Positions 45,782-55,807 are shown, numbered from the stretch's first letter. The stretch is DNA of 64,000 nucleotides from Clostridiales bacterium (GCA_018364155.1 JAGZMM010000003.1:100225-164224), one strand, 5' to 3'. A program made the numbers and translations. Notes: generated by a model from the letters alone, not told the origin.

Positions 45782-47854
45782 TTATTCCTCGGTCGCAGCC
45801 GGTTCCTCAGCGGCAGGCGCTTCCTCAGCCGGAGCCTCCTCATCCGCGAACGGGGACGGTGCAAGGCCTTCCTCGATCAGCACGCGGGTGGAGAGGGAAA
45901 TGCGCTTCTTTTCGAAGTCAATCTCCGTGATGCGCGCGCGGACCACCTGGCCCACCTTGAGCACATCCTGGGGCTTTTCAATGCGGCGGTCGGCGATCTG
46001 AGAAATGTGAATCAGACCGTCAATGCCCGGAATGATGCGGGCAAAAGCGCCGAAGGTGGTCAGGCCCACGATGGTCACATCGCAGTCGGTTCCCACCGGG
46101 TAATCCTTCTTGAGGATTTCCCACGGATTGTCCTCTTCCTTGCGGTAGCCCAGAGAAATGCGCTTCTTCTCCGGATCGATTTCCTTAATATACACCTCCA
46201 CCGTGTCGCCGATGTTGACAACCTCGGAGGGGTGCTTGACGCGGCTCCAAGAGAGCTCGGAAACGTGAATCATACCGTCCACGCCGCCGATGTCCACAAA
46301 TGCGCCGTAAGAGGTCAGGGACTTGACGACGCCGGTGTACTTCTGACCGACCTCCGCCGTCTCCCAGAACTTCTCTTCCAGCTTCTTGCGCTCTTCGCTT
46401 GCTACCTTGCGGATGGAACCCACCGCACGGCGGCGGCCGCGGTTGACCTCGATGATCTTAAACTTGACTTCCTTATTCAGCAGGCCGTCCAGCGGTTCGT
46501 TGCGGGACAGGGTAGCCTGGGATGCCGGGATGAACACGCGCACACCATTGGAAACGGCAAGCACGCCGCCCTTGATGATCTCCACGACCTTGCCGTCCAC
46601 TACCGTATCGTCCTCGCTGGCCTTGACAATTTCTTCCCAGCCCTTGATGGCGTCGAAACGGCGCTTAGAAAGCATGATGGTGCCTTCCTGGTCGTTGGTG
46701 CGCATGATGAGAAGATCCAACTCGTCGCCGACCTTCACAAGATCCTCGGGCTTGGCGTTGGGGTCGTTGGAAAGCTCGTCCGCCGGGATGTAACCAGCCT
46801 GCTTCCTGCCGACATCGACCTGCACCTCGTTGGGCGCAATGGAAACGACAACGCCGTGCACCTTTTCACCTGTATTATAATTTTTGAAAGACGCTTCCAG
46901 CGCTTCCTCAAAGGTCATCTCGTCGAAGGATTTCTCGGGCGTTTCCACGGTCTCCTCCACCTTAACCTCAGGGGTCTGTTCGAGCTCCTTCTCGGGCTCG
47001 TTGTTGAGAATTTCGGACATGGCGAATAGTACCTCCTTTATGATGCTGGCAGGCGTAGACGCGCCCGCCGTAACGCCGATGCTTTTCGCCTTCCGGATGG
47101 ATTCGGGCGGCAGTTCGTCCGCAGTTTCCACCAGGATGGTATCGCAGTTGGCCGCGCATACGTCGCGCAGCTTTGCTGTGTTAGAGCTTTGGCGGCCGCC
47201 AATAATGACCATCAAATCAGAGCGGGAAGACAGCTCCTCCGCCTCATTTTGACGTCTGGACGTGGCACTACATATTGTATCAAAAATCTTGGCGTTTGTA
47301 TAGACCTTTTTTGCACTTTTGATGCAATTTCTCCATTCATTTAACGAAAAAGTGGTCTGCGCCACGATAGAAACGCGATTTTTTTCTTCTGTTGACATGG
47401 AAATGGCCAATTGTTCCAGTTCTCCGGCGTTTTTGAACACGTAGGAATGTCCCGTGCAATGGCCCCGGATACCCTCTACCTCGGGGTGGTTTTTGTCCCC
47501 CGCGATCAAAACCAGCCGCCCGTGCGCCGATTCCTCTGCCACGATCCGGTGAATCTTCGCCACAAACGGGCAGGTAGCGTCAGCGCAGGCCACGCCCGCT
47601 TTCTCCACCCGGCGCAGCACCTGAGCAGGAACCCCGTGGGAACGGATGACCACCGTGCTTCCCGCCGGCGCTTCCTCCGGGTGCTTTACGATACGCACAC
47701 CCCGGCGTTCCAGTTCCTCCACCAGCTGGGGATTGTGGATGATCGGGCCCAGGGTCACCACCCGCTTGCCCTCGTTTAGCAGCTCATAAACCAGATTGAC
47801 CGCCCGGTTCACGCCAAAGCAGAACCCGGCGGTTTTTGCTACGGTAATACTCAA
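45782..47854 (-). CDS. ispH: Bifunctional 4-hydroxy-3-methylbut-2-enyl diphosphate reductase / ribosomal protein S1 domain protein
   Basis: N-terminal IspH/LytB (three conserved Cys, HNP motif). C-terminal four S1 domains and an acidic tail. Confidence 0.95.
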   Translation of the reverse strand: MSITVAKTAGFCFGVNRAVNLVYELLNEGKRVVTLGPIIHNPQLVEELERRGVRIVKHPEEAPAGSTVVIRSHGVPAQVLRRVEKAGVACADATCPFVAKIHRIVAEESAHGRLVLIAGDKNHPEVEGIRGHCTGHSYVFKNAGELEQLAISMSTEEKNRVSIVAQTTFSLNEWRNCIKSAKKVYTNAKIFDTICSATSRRQNEAEELSSRSDLMVIIGGRQSSNTAKLRDVCAANCDTILVETADELPPESIRKAKSIGVTAGASTPASIIKEVLFAMSEILNNEPEKELEQTPEVKVEETVETPEKSFDEMTFEEALEASFKNYNTGEKVHGVVVSIAPNEVQVDVGRKQAGYIPADELSNDPNAKPEDLVKVGDELDLLIMRTNDQEGTIMLSKRRFDAIKGWEEIVKASEDDTVVDGKVVEIIKGGVLAVSNGVRVFIPASQATLSRNEPLDGLLNKEVKFKIIEVNRGRRRAVGSIRKVASEERKKLEEKFWETAEVGQKYTGVVKSLTSYGAFVDIGGVDGMIHVSELSWSRVKHPSEVVNIGDTVEVYIKEIDPEKKRISLGYRKEEDNPWEILKKDYPVGTDCDVTIVGLTTFGAFARIIPGIDGLIHISQIADRRIEKPQDVLKVGQVVRARITEIDFEKKRISLSTRVLIEEGLAPSPFADEEAPAEEAPAAEEPAATEE

Positions 47855-48447
47855 AATCCTTCCTCCATCAGCTCGCTAATAAGACGCATCAGCTCCCGGC
47901 TGGCATTTCGGATTTCCGTGCCCGAACCGGTGGTGATCCCCAGCTCCTGGGGAGTGACCGGCTTTCCATACCGCACGGTGTGCTTTTTAAACGGGCGCAC
48001 CTTCCCTTTCGCAATGATAGCGGCGGGCAGGATGGGACAGTTGGCCCGGTAGGCGATCATCACCGCACCTGCCTTGGCTTTCAGGAGCGTACCGTCCTTC
48101 GAGCGGGTCCCTTCCGGGAAAATGCCCATAACCTCCCCGTTTTCCAGCACGTCGAAGGCGCTTCGCACCGATTTGGTGCCGGTGGATTCCCGGTTGACCG
48201 GGAATGCGCCCAAAGCGGTAATCAGCTTGCCGAACCAGCCGTGAAACAGCTTGTCGTACGCCATGAAATGCACCTGGCGTTTGAGCCCCACCCCCACGAA
48301 CACCGGGTCACAGTAGCTGCGGTGGTTGGCGCACAGCATCAAAGCGCCCGATTCGGGAATATTTTCCCTGCCAACCAAGCGCAGCCGGAAAAAAAGGAAA
48401 GCCAGCGGCTTTACCACACAAAAAGCAAACCGGTAAAACGGCGTCAT
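47851..48447 (-). CDS. plsC: 1-acyl-sn-glycerol-3-phosphate acyltransferase
   Basis: NHRSYCD (HxxxxD) acyltransferase motif and FPEGTR. Confidence 0.9.
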   Translation of the reverse strand: MTPFYRFAFCVVKPLAFLFFRLRLVGRENIPESGALMLCANHRSYCDPVFVGVGLKRQVHFMAYDKLFHGWFGKLITALGAFPVNRESTGTKSVRSAFDVLENGEVMGIFPEGTRSKDGTLLKAKAGAVMIAYRANCPILPAAIIAKGKVRPFKKHTVRYGKPVTPQELGITTGSGTEIRNASRELMRLISELMEEGF

Positions 48448-49109
48448 TTCAGCTTCCCCCTTATAATACCCAGCAACAGCTGGATGGATTGCTGCAAGTT
48501 TAACGTAGTGGTATTGACCACCACCGCGTCCGGCGCAGGCTTTAAGGGCGCAATGGCCCGGTGGGAATCGTCGTAATCCCGTTTCTGTAAATCGGCAAGG
48601 ACTTCCCCGTAGGAAACCTGTGCTCCCTTTTCCAAAAGCTCCCGGTGGCGCCGTCTCGCACGCTCCTGGGGGGTAGCGGTTAGAAAAATCTTCACTTGGG
48701 CGTCCGGAAGCACCACCGTGCCGATGTCCCGCCCGTCCATAACCACGTTGTTTTCCTTTGCTATCGACTGCTGCAGCTCAAACAAAAATTCCCGCACGCT
48801 TTTCAGTGCCGACACGCCCGACGCCGCCATGGAAACCTCCGGTGTGCGAATCTGTTCACTCACATCCTCGCCGTTTAGAAGCACCCTCTGCTCCGAGTCC
48901 ACAAAGCACAGACGCACCGAAAGCCCGCAAAGAAGCGGCCCGACCTCTTCCTGCACCTTCGGGTCCGCCCCGTTTTGCAGCGCGTGCAGCCCGATGGCCC
49001 GGTACAGCGCGCCCGTATCCACATAAATAAATCCCAGCTCCTTCGCCACCGACCGGGCGATGGTACTTTTGCCCGCGCCTGCGGGCCCGTCGATTGCAAC
49101 CGCTGTCAT
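48444..49109 (-). CDS. cmk: Cytidylate kinase
   Basis: IAIDGPAGAGKST P-loop. Start at ATG 49107-49109. Track ORF is over-extended to 49250. Confidence 0.9.
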   Translation of the reverse strand: MTAVAIDGPAGAGKSTIARSVAKELGFIYVDTGALYRAIGLHALQNGADPKVQEEVGPLLCGLSVRLCFVDSEQRVLLNGEDVSEQIRTPEVSMAASGVSALKSVREFLFELQQSIAKENNVVMDGRDIGTVVLPDAQVKIFLTATPQERARRRHRELLEKGAQVSYGEVLADLQKRDYDDSHRAIAPLKPAPDAVVVNTTTLNLQQSIQLLLGIIRGKLK

Positions 49110-49125
49110 ATCTTCGGCTCTCTCC

Positions 49126-50385
49126 TTACTTCGTGGGATTTTTCCCCTTGCGTTCGAGGATTTCCTTTGCCGCCAGACGGCCGGTGGAAAAAGCAATCTG
49201 CAAATTGAACCCACCGGTGTACCCGTCCACGTCCAGCACCTCGCCTGCAAAAAACAGCCCCCGCACCAGCTTGGATTCCATGGTCTTGGGGCTGACTTCT
49301 TTGGTATTTACCCCGCCGGAGGTGACAATGGCTTCCTCAATGGGACGAAAGTCCTCGACCGTCACCGTCAGGTTTTTCAGAAGCTCCGCCAGCTGCAACC
49401 GCTGCCCGCGGGTAATCTGGTGCACCTTCTCCTCCGGAGGAATTAAACTCAGCTTTATGATAACCGAAATTAAGCTTTTGGGCAAGAGGTCGCCCAAGGC
49501 GTTGGCAAAATCTCGGTTGGAATATTTCTCGAAATCCCGCTGCAGCCGGGCGTCCAGCTGCTGAAGAGTCAGGGCGGGCTTTAAGTCGATGATGACGCTG
49601 TACCGCCCCGATTCCATCTCCCGCATGTGAGAGCTGGCGCTGAGAATCACCGGCCCGGACAGGCCGAAATGGGTAAAGAGCAGCTCGCCGAAGTCCTCAT
49701 ATACCGTGCGGCCTTTGGTGTTGTCGAACACCCGCACCGCTATGTTTTTTAACGCAAGGCCTTGGGCCTTTCTGCACCAGTCGTTCTTTGCCACCAAAGG
49801 CACCAAAGAGGGCTTTAACTTGGTAACCGTGTGTCCCGCCTGTTTGGCCAGCTGATAACCGTCGCCGGTGGAGCCGGTAGCCGGGTAGGACAGGCCGCCC
49901 GTACTCACAAGCACCGCGTCGGCATGGTATTTCTCCCCGTTTTCGGTCTGCACCCCGCAGACGCCTACCCGGTCAAAAAGCAGCTTTTGGACCCTGCCCT
50001 GCTTGATTTCCCCGCCGTTTTTGATTACAAACCGGGTCAGCGTATCCACCACGTCCACCGCTCGGTCAGACTGGGGGAACACCCGGTTTCCCCGTTCGAT
50101 TTTTAGAGGAAGTCCCTCGCTTTCAAAGAACTGCATGGTATCCTGAGGCGTAAAATTCGCCACCGCGCTATAAAGAAAGCGGCCGTTGACCGGCACGGAC
50201 TTGATAAAATCCTGAGCGTCGCAGTCATTTGTTACGTTGCACCGGCCCTTGCCGGTAATCATCACTTTTCTAGCCGGGCGCTCGTTTCGCTCGAGTACCA
50301 GCGTGCGAAGGCCGCCCTTTGCACAGGTCCCCGCTGCCATGAGCCCGGCAGCGCCCCCGCCAATGACGATCACATCGTATTCCAT
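49126..50385 (-). CDS. HI0933-like NAD(P)/FAD-dependent oxidoreductase (aminoacetone oxidase family)
   Basis: YDVIVIGGGAAGLMAA dinucleotide fold. Start at ATG 50383-50385, which has GAGGAGG. Confidence 0.85.
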   Translation of the reverse strand: MEYDVIVIGGGAAGLMAAGTCAKGGLRTLVLERNERPARKVMITGKGRCNVTNDCDAQDFIKSVPVNGRFLYSAVANFTPQDTMQFFESEGLPLKIERGNRVFPQSDRAVDVVDTLTRFVIKNGGEIKQGRVQKLLFDRVGVCGVQTENGEKYHADAVLVSTGGLSYPATGSTGDGYQLAKQAGHTVTKLKPSLVPLVAKNDWCRKAQGLALKNIAVRVFDNTKGRTVYEDFGELLFTHFGLSGPVILSASSHMREMESGRYSVIIDLKPALTLQQLDARLQRDFEKYSNRDFANALGDLLPKSLISVIIKLSLIPPEEKVHQITRGQRLQLAELLKNLTVTVEDFRPIEEAIVTSGGVNTKEVSPKTMESKLVRGLFFAGEVLDVDGYTGGFNLQIAFSTGRLAAKEILERKGKNPTK

Positions 50386-50426
50386 TCTCATTCCTCCTCG
50401 TTCCAAGGAAACCGCCGCGGCCTCGC

Positions 50427-51284
50427 TCACCGTTTTTCGTATACCTGGTATTCCTCCCACAGCCGTTCGAGCTCTTCAAACGTGTCGCTGACCTCCTGCC
50501 GGCGGGACATGGCCACTCCTGCAATGACGGCGTTCAATAAGCTAAGCGGCGCCACCAGGGAATCCACAAAGGAAACCATGTCGCTTCGTGCCAGCAGCAC
50601 CTGCCCTGCCCCCTGGGCCAAGGGCGAGCGGCGGGAATCGGTGATGGCGATGACGTGCGCCCCCCGGTCGGCCGCGAAGCGCAACGCCTTGGTGGCGCGC
50701 TTGGAATACCGCGGGAAGCTGATACCGATGACTGCATCCTGTTCGCTGATGCGCAGCATCTGCTCAAAAATCGCCGTTTCGCTGGTGGTGTCCACCTGCA
50801 CCACGTTATCGAACATCAAATTGAAATAATAACTCAAGAACACCGCCAGCGCCTTCGAGCTCTTGACCCCGATGATATAAATCCGTCTCGCTCCCGCAAT
50901 GGTTTCCACCGCCTTGGCGAACTCCTCCCGGGAGGTTTCCTCCATGGTGTGCTTGAGGTTCTCCATATCCTGGGCCAAAACACTGGAAATGATGTCTTCC
51001 GACCCAATGCGCGTATCGGTCACCTCGATGCGCTGCAAAGAGGTGAGCTTGGAACGGATCATTTCCTGCATGGCCTTTTGCAAATGGGGATATCCGTCGA
51101 ACCCCAGCTCCATGGCAAAGCGAACCACCGTCGATTCACTGACTCCAACGGTGGCGCCCAGCTTGGCCGCCGTCATAAAGGCCGCCTTGTCGTAATGCTC
51201 GGTAATATAGGTTGCAATCCGCCGCTGTCCTTTGGAAAAGGTGGGCGAACGCTGTTCCAGTGTGGTAAGCAAACCGCCGTCCAT
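50427..51284 (-). CDS. MurR/RpiR-family transcriptional regulator (HTH plus SIS domain)
   Basis: N-terminal HTH_6 (IATYITEHY..) and a C-terminal SIS domain. Confidence 0.85.
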   Translation of the reverse strand: MDGGLLTTLEQRSPTFSKGQRRIATYITEHYDKAAFMTAAKLGATVGVSESTVVRFAMELGFDGYPHLQKAMQEMIRSKLTSLQRIEVTDTRIGSEDIISSVLAQDMENLKHTMEETSREEFAKAVETIAGARRIYIIGVKSSKALAVFLSYYFNLMFDNVVQVDTTSETAIFEQMLRISEQDAVIGISFPRYSKRATKALRFAADRGAHVIAITDSRRSPLAQGAGQVLLARSDMVSFVDSLVAPLSLLNAVIAGVAMSRRQEVSDTFEELERLWEEYQVYEKR

Positions 51285-51415
51285 CCAAACCGCCTTCCTA
51301 TCTGCCGGGCCGGCCTTTTCTTGTGTAAAGCCGGACCCCTGATTGGGTTTCGATCAAAAGAGAAAAAGGCAGCCGCGCCCGCATAAATAGGGGTTTGTGC
51401 GAGCCGGTTGCTGCT

Positions 51416-51994
51416 TTATCGCGATGCAAAAAAAGTGTGGCCTGCCTCTTTGGCCGCCAAAAGAGCGGCCTTCTTCCGCTCAGCCGCGTCCGCCATATCG
51501 GTCCCCACAAAGGGAACGCATGCGGTCAGGCGGCAGTGAAGAACGCTCATGAGCATACGGGTTTGGCGCTCCAGAACGTCCGCTCCGCTTTTCTCCACCG
51601 AGCCCGCCGCCAGCAAAAGCGCTCCCACCTTCGGCTTCTCCACCGGCGGGCGCATCCCCAGCGAAAACCGGCGGCTCCAATAGCACTGCATTCGGTCCAC
51701 CACCGCCTTGAGAGGGGCGGGAAAGGAAAGGTTATACGCCGGGGTGGCGATTACAAATCCATCCGCTGCCTCCATGGCTTCGTACACCTCATCCATATCG
51801 TCATGCAGCACGCAGTTGCCGGTTTTTTCGCAGCCGCCGCACCCGCTACAGGGGGCAATCTTCATGGAAAACGCGTCGAACACCCGCACCCGGGCACCGC
51901 CGGGCAGCGCCTGTGTAAACGCGTCGAAAAGCCGGCCGGTAGGCCCGGTTTTCCTAGGCGAGCCGAACAGCGCCAAAACCAGTTTTTCGTTCAT
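51416..51994 (-). CDS. Iron-sulfur flavoprotein (Isf-like NADPH-dependent FMN reductase family)
   Basis: Flavodoxin-like fold (LALFGSPRK) and compact CSGCGGCEKTGNC (C-x2-C-x2-C-x5-C) cluster motif. ATGA overlap with pyrB. Confidence 0.8.
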   Translation of the reverse strand: MNEKLVLALFGSPRKTGPTGRLFDAFTQALPGGARVRVFDAFSMKIAPCSGCGGCEKTGNCVLHDDMDEVYEAMEAADGFVIATPAYNLSFPAPLKAVVDRMQCYWSRRFSLGMRPPVEKPKVGALLLAAGSVEKSGADVLERQTRMLMSVLHCRLTACVPFVGTDMADAAERKKAALLAAKEAGHTFFASR

Positions 51995-53064
51995 TCCACC
52001 AGCATCCGTTCGTCGCAGAAGTCACAGGTGAGCATGTCCCCGCTGCCGGAGAACAGCCGGGGCAGATATTCCTCCTGCCCGGTGATGCAGTTGGGGTTCT
52101 GACAGCGATGGTCATGGGTGGACTTGGGGCAAGGCTCCAGCCGGCGCTCGCTTCCTTCGAGCATGGTGAGAATCAGCGCCATGCGGGCGTACATGCCGTA
52201 TTCCGTCTGCTCAAAATAGATGGCGCGGGGATCGTCGTCCACCTCCACGGTGATTTCGTCCACCCGGGGCAGGGGATGGAGAATGCGCAGGCTTTTTTTG
52301 CCCTTTTTGAGCTTGCGCTGGTCGAGCACATATACGCCCTTCTGCCGCTCATACTCCTGGGCCGAAGAAAACCGCTCCCGCTGGATGCGGGTCATGTACA
52401 GCACGTCCAGCAGAGGCATGGCCTCCTCCAGGGTAGGCAGCTCTGTGTATTTGACGCCGCGTGCGTCCATATAATCCTTCAAATAACTAGGAATTCCCAG
52501 CTGGGGAGTGGAAATGAGCACAAAAGAATTACCCGGGTACCGGGACATCTGTTTTATGAGAGAATGAACCGTGCGTCCGTTTTTCAGGTCCCCGCAGCAG
52601 CCGATGCACAAATCGGTCAGCCGTCCGGTTTCCTCGTTGAGGGTAACCAAATCGGTGAGGGTCTGGGTGGGATGCAGATGCCCGCCGTCCCCGGCGTTGA
52701 CCACCGGCACCCTAGAATACAAAGACGCGGCCTTGGCGGCGCCCGCCTTGGGATGACGCATAACAATGATGTCGCTGTAGCCGCTGACTACCCGGACCGT
52801 GTCCTTTAAGCTCTCTCCTTTGGCAACCGAGGAGCTGTTGGGGTCGTCAAACCCGATGATGCGCCCGCCCAGCCGCAGCATCGCCGCCTGGAAGGACATC
52901 TGGGTGCGGGTGGAGGGCTCATAAAATAAGGTGGCCATGATTTTTCCATGACAGGTTTCTGCAAACCGCCCCGGTACCCGGCGGATTTCCCCCGCCAGAT
53001 TCAAAAGCTCGGACAGCTCTGCTTGGGACATGCTGTTCAGATCGATCAAATGTCTGTTTGTCAA
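51991..53064 (-). CDS. pyrB: Aspartate carbamoyltransferase catalytic chain with a fused C-terminal PyrI-type zinc domain
   Basis: STRTQ and HPTQ ATCase motifs. C-terminal CQNPNCITGQEE...CDFCDER is comparable to the E. coli PyrI zinc domain CPNSNCISH...CKYCEKE. TTG start with a GAGGTGA RBS. Confidence 0.85.
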   Translation of the reverse strand: MTNRHLIDLNSMSQAELSELLNLAGEIRRVPGRFAETCHGKIMATLFYEPSTRTQMSFQAAMLRLGGRIIGFDDPNSSSVAKGESLKDTVRVVSGYSDIIVMRHPKAGAAKAASLYSRVPVVNAGDGGHLHPTQTLTDLVTLNEETGRLTDLCIGCCGDLKNGRTVHSLIKQMSRYPGNSFVLISTPQLGIPSYLKDYMDARGVKYTELPTLEEAMPLLDVLYMTRIQRERFSSAQEYERQKGVYVLDQRKLKKGKKSLRILHPLPRVDEITVEVDDDPRAIYFEQTEYGMYARMALILTMLEGSERRLEPCPKSTHDHRCQNPNCITGQEEYLPRLFSGSGDMLTCDFCDERMLVE

Positions 53065-53175
53065 GACCGCTCACCTCAAATTTCATTTTCGACGTCTGCC
53101 GTGTTTTGGCCCCTGTCTTTCGATTTTGGGCGCAAGTCCGCCAAAGAACGTCCTTTTTCACCCCATATTTCCAAT

Positions 53176-53204
53176 ATCATAGCATTTTCTCACGCTTCTA
53201 GCAA
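53176..53204 (-). promoter_or_regulatory. Candidate sigma-A promoter for pyrB
   Basis: Minus-strand TTGCTA, 17 nt spacer, TATGAT. Confidence 0.45.
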
Positions 53205-53316
53205 GACCAAATTATGAAGCGGCGGCTTTTTCTCCCTGCAAGCGAAGCGTCTTTTCTTATGGACAAAATGTCTCTTGCCGAAAGGTTTTTTCTGTTTTGA
53301 CCCTAGGTGCGGCCGG

Positions 53317-53355
53317 ACAAAAAAACGGCGGGGACAACACCAGATTGTCCCCGCG
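53317..53355 (-). terminator. Rho-independent terminator of the SASP gene
   Basis: cggcggggacaa / ttgtccccgc hairpin, followed on the minus strand by UUUUUUUG. Confidence 0.7.
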
Positions 53356-53402
53356 CATTTATTTCGGATTCATGCGAATCCTAGATTTCAGAAAACAGCA
53401 AG

Positions 53403-53609
53403 TTAGCCGTTGTTCTTAATGCCATCCTCGTAAGCCTTGATCATTTTCTTGACCATCTGGCCGCCGACGGAACCAGCCTGACGGGAGGTCAGGTCGCCGT
53501 TGTAACCCTGCTTCAGGTTAACGCCCACTTCGCTGGCGGATTCCATCTTAAACTTGTTGAGAGCCTCGCGGCACTCCGGCACTACTAAGCGATTAGAACG
53601 GTTAGACAT
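53403..53609 (-). CDS. Alpha/beta-type small acid-soluble spore protein
   Basis: 68 aa with the SASP signature ...KFKMESASEVGVNL...GDLTSRQAGSVGGQMVKKMI. Confidence 0.9.
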   Translation of the reverse strand: MSNRSNRLVVPECREALNKFKMESASEVGVNLKQGYNGDLTSRQAGSVGGQMVKKMIKAYEDGIKNNG

Positions 53610-53729
53610 AATCGTAATACACTCCTTAACTTGATTTGAAAATTTTCTTTTGCGTTTGCAGTCATAGTGTACGCCGATCGTCCAAAGATATAAGAAGAAA
53701 TTTTTAGATTTATTGGCAAATGTGGGAAC

Positions 53730-54509
53730 TTAGAGGTCCCGAGCAATGTCTCCGACTCCATTTAAAATATGCTTGGGCCGGTACGGGAAGGTGCGGATGG
53801 TGTCCCGGTTGGTGACACCGGAAAGAACCAGAATGGTGTCGATCTCCGACTCGATGCCTGCAACGATATCGGTATCCATCCGGTCTCCGATGATGGCCGC
53901 ATCCTCCGGCTCGCAGCCCAAAAGCCGCAGACCGGTTTTCATCATCAGAGGATTGGGCTTACCAATATAATAGGCGTTGTACCCGGTCACCATTTCCACC
54001 GGGGACATTAGCGCCCGGCAGGCGGGAATGATCCCGTTTTCCACCGGCCCGGACAGGTCGGGATTGGTGCCGATGAGCTTTGCGCCGCCCCGTACCAGTT
54101 CCACCGCCTTGACGATGCTCTCAAAATTATAGCTGCGTGTTTCCCCCACCACCACATAATCGGGATTGACCTCGTTCATGGTGATGCCCGCTTCGTAAAG
54201 GGCGTTGAGCAGGCCCGCCGCACCGATACAGTAAGCGCTGCAGCCAGGCATCTGGTTGCTCAAAAACTCTGCCGTAGCCAGAGCACTGGTGTAAAAATGG
54301 CTTTCATCCACATTGAGGTTCATCCGGGACAGCTTTTGGGACAGTTCTCGGGGCGTGCGCTCGGAACTGTTGGTCAAAAATAAAAAGTTTTTATTTTCCC
54401 GGTAAAGCCAATCGATAAAATCCGTCACGCCCGGCAGCACCTGGTCGCCGTGGTAGATGACGCCGTCCATATCGCAGAGAAACCCTTTCTTCTCTCTTAT
54501 TTTGCCCAT
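53730..54509 (-). CDS. HAD-superfamily subfamily IIA hydrolase (NagD-like)
   Basis: FLCDMDGVIY (DxD), LTNSS, and C-terminal GD..TDI motifs. Start at ATG 54507-54509. Confidence 0.8.
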   Translation of the reverse strand: MGKIREKKGFLCDMDGVIYHGDQVLPGVTDFIDWLYRENKNFLFLTNSSERTPRELSQKLSRMNLNVDESHFYTSALATAEFLSNQMPGCSAYCIGAAGLLNALYEAGITMNEVNPDYVVVGETRSYNFESIVKAVELVRGGAKLIGTNPDLSGPVENGIIPACRALMSPVEMVTGYNAYYIGKPNPLMMKTGLRLLGCEPEDAAIIGDRMDTDIVAGIESEIDTILVLSGVTNRDTIRTFPYRPKHILNGVGDIARDL

Positions 54510-54766
54510 GCCGCTTTTCTCCATACCGTGCTCCATTCCTCCCATGCCGTTCCCATGGGAATGCTTTTTTCCTTATTATATCGGCCGCGGCCGCAAACAT
54601 CAACCCGTCAAACCCACAAACCGCAACGTTGTCGATGATTCACAACTTGTGGAAAAATACCGTTTTTATGCTTAAAACAACAACTTTTTTGCTTGTATCC
54701 CATCGGATACTCTTTTATACTAAACATATAAATTTGTTCCTTGGAACAGAAAAAAGAGGGGTTTTT

Positions 54767-55597
54767 ATGAAAAAGAAACGATTTGGCCTGCTTCTTCTGG
54801 CGCTGGTGCTTTGCCTTTGCATGAGTTCGCTCAGCGGCTGCACCCCGGACGTCTATGAACAGTATGCGCAGGCTGCGGCAAAAACCAATGCGCTCGGGCA
54901 AATAGACGCGGATGTAAACATGGAAATGTCCATGGGTATTGCCGGCTCCACCTTCCAAACCACCGTATCCGGTACCATGAAGGCGGACAATTCCGGCCCT
55001 TCCCCGGTGATGGACATGGCGCTGAACATGGCTCTATTAGGCCAATCCATTGATATGCATGTCTATTACGCCGACGGCGTCGCCTATTACGACACACAGG
55101 GAACCAAATACAAAATGACGCTTCCCATTGACCAGCTGAAGGAACAAATGGACCAGGTCAGCACCCAAGTTCTGCAGTTTGAGGAAACCGCCATTCAGAA
55201 ATCCGTGGTCACCTCCGAGAAAGAGGGTAGCCGGTATCGGGTGACCGTTTCCGCCGACGCGATTGAAAGCTACTTAAAGGACGCCATGGGAAACACCATG
55301 CAAAACAGCGACAGCAGCTCTCCGGTGGATCTCAACAGCATGAACCTGCAATTTTCTGATGTGGACGTGTCCTTCCTCATCGGCAAGGACGGCTACATCC
55401 ACGAGCAGACGCTCCAATTCACCTGCACAGCGGACATGAACGCCATGAGCAGCGGCATCATGACTGGGGAAATGGAAATGACGTATGACGCAACGGTTTC
55501 CTACAAAAACCCGGGCCAGCCGGTGACCATCACCGCGCCCAACCTAAACGAGTATCCCGCTTATGATGCCTTTGCCTCCGATGCCACTCTCAGCTAA
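54767..55597 (+). CDS. Putative lipoprotein of unknown function
   Basis: Signal peptide with lipobox LSGC. GAGGGG RBS. Track ORF is over-extended upstream to 54629. Confidence 0.75.
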   Translation: MKKKRFGLLLLALVLCLCMSSLSGCTPDVYEQYAQAAAKTNALGQIDADVNMEMSMGIAGSTFQTTVSGTMKADNSGPSPVMDMALNMALLGQSIDMHVYYADGVAYYDTQGTKYKMTLPIDQLKEQMDQVSTQVLQFEETAIQKSVVTSEKEGSRYRVTVSADAIESYLKDAMGNTMQNSDSSSPVDLNSMNLQFSDVDVSFLIGKDGYIHEQTLQFTCTADMNAMSSGIMTGEMEMTYDATVSYKNPGQPVTITAPNLNEYPAYDAFASDATLS

Positions 55598-55613
55598 GTT
55601 TATCTCTGTCAGT

Positions 55614-55644
55614 CCCCGGCGCAGCAAGCGCCGGGGGTTTTTTT
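55614..55644 (+). terminator. Rho-independent terminator of the lipoprotein gene
   Basis: ccccggcgc-agcaa-gcgccgggg, followed by GTTTTTTT. Confidence 0.8.
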
Positions 55645-55807
55645 GCCGTTTTGCTTTCCTTCCCTGCCAGGCGAAGGCCTTGTCTGTCCATGTCCTTGGT
55701 CCCTTGTAATAGAAAGCCGTTTTTTTCAGCTTTCCCTCTTTTTCGGGAAAAATCTGCATGTGGAGCTGTTTTTCTCCCATTTTGGCCTTTTAACGAGGAA
55801 AAGAATC

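Noticed and set aside
45647-47029. 460-aa plus-strand ORF
   Set aside because: Antisense to ispH-rpsA. Leu/Ala/Gly-rich, no domains.
51395-52102. 235-aa plus-strand ORF
   Set aside because: Antisense to the Isf-like gene and the pyrB 3' end.
53065-53175. Looked for a PyrR-binding attenuator upstream of pyrB
   Set aside because: No ARUCCAGAGAGGCU-type binding loop and no terminator/antiterminator pair in the about 110-nt leader.
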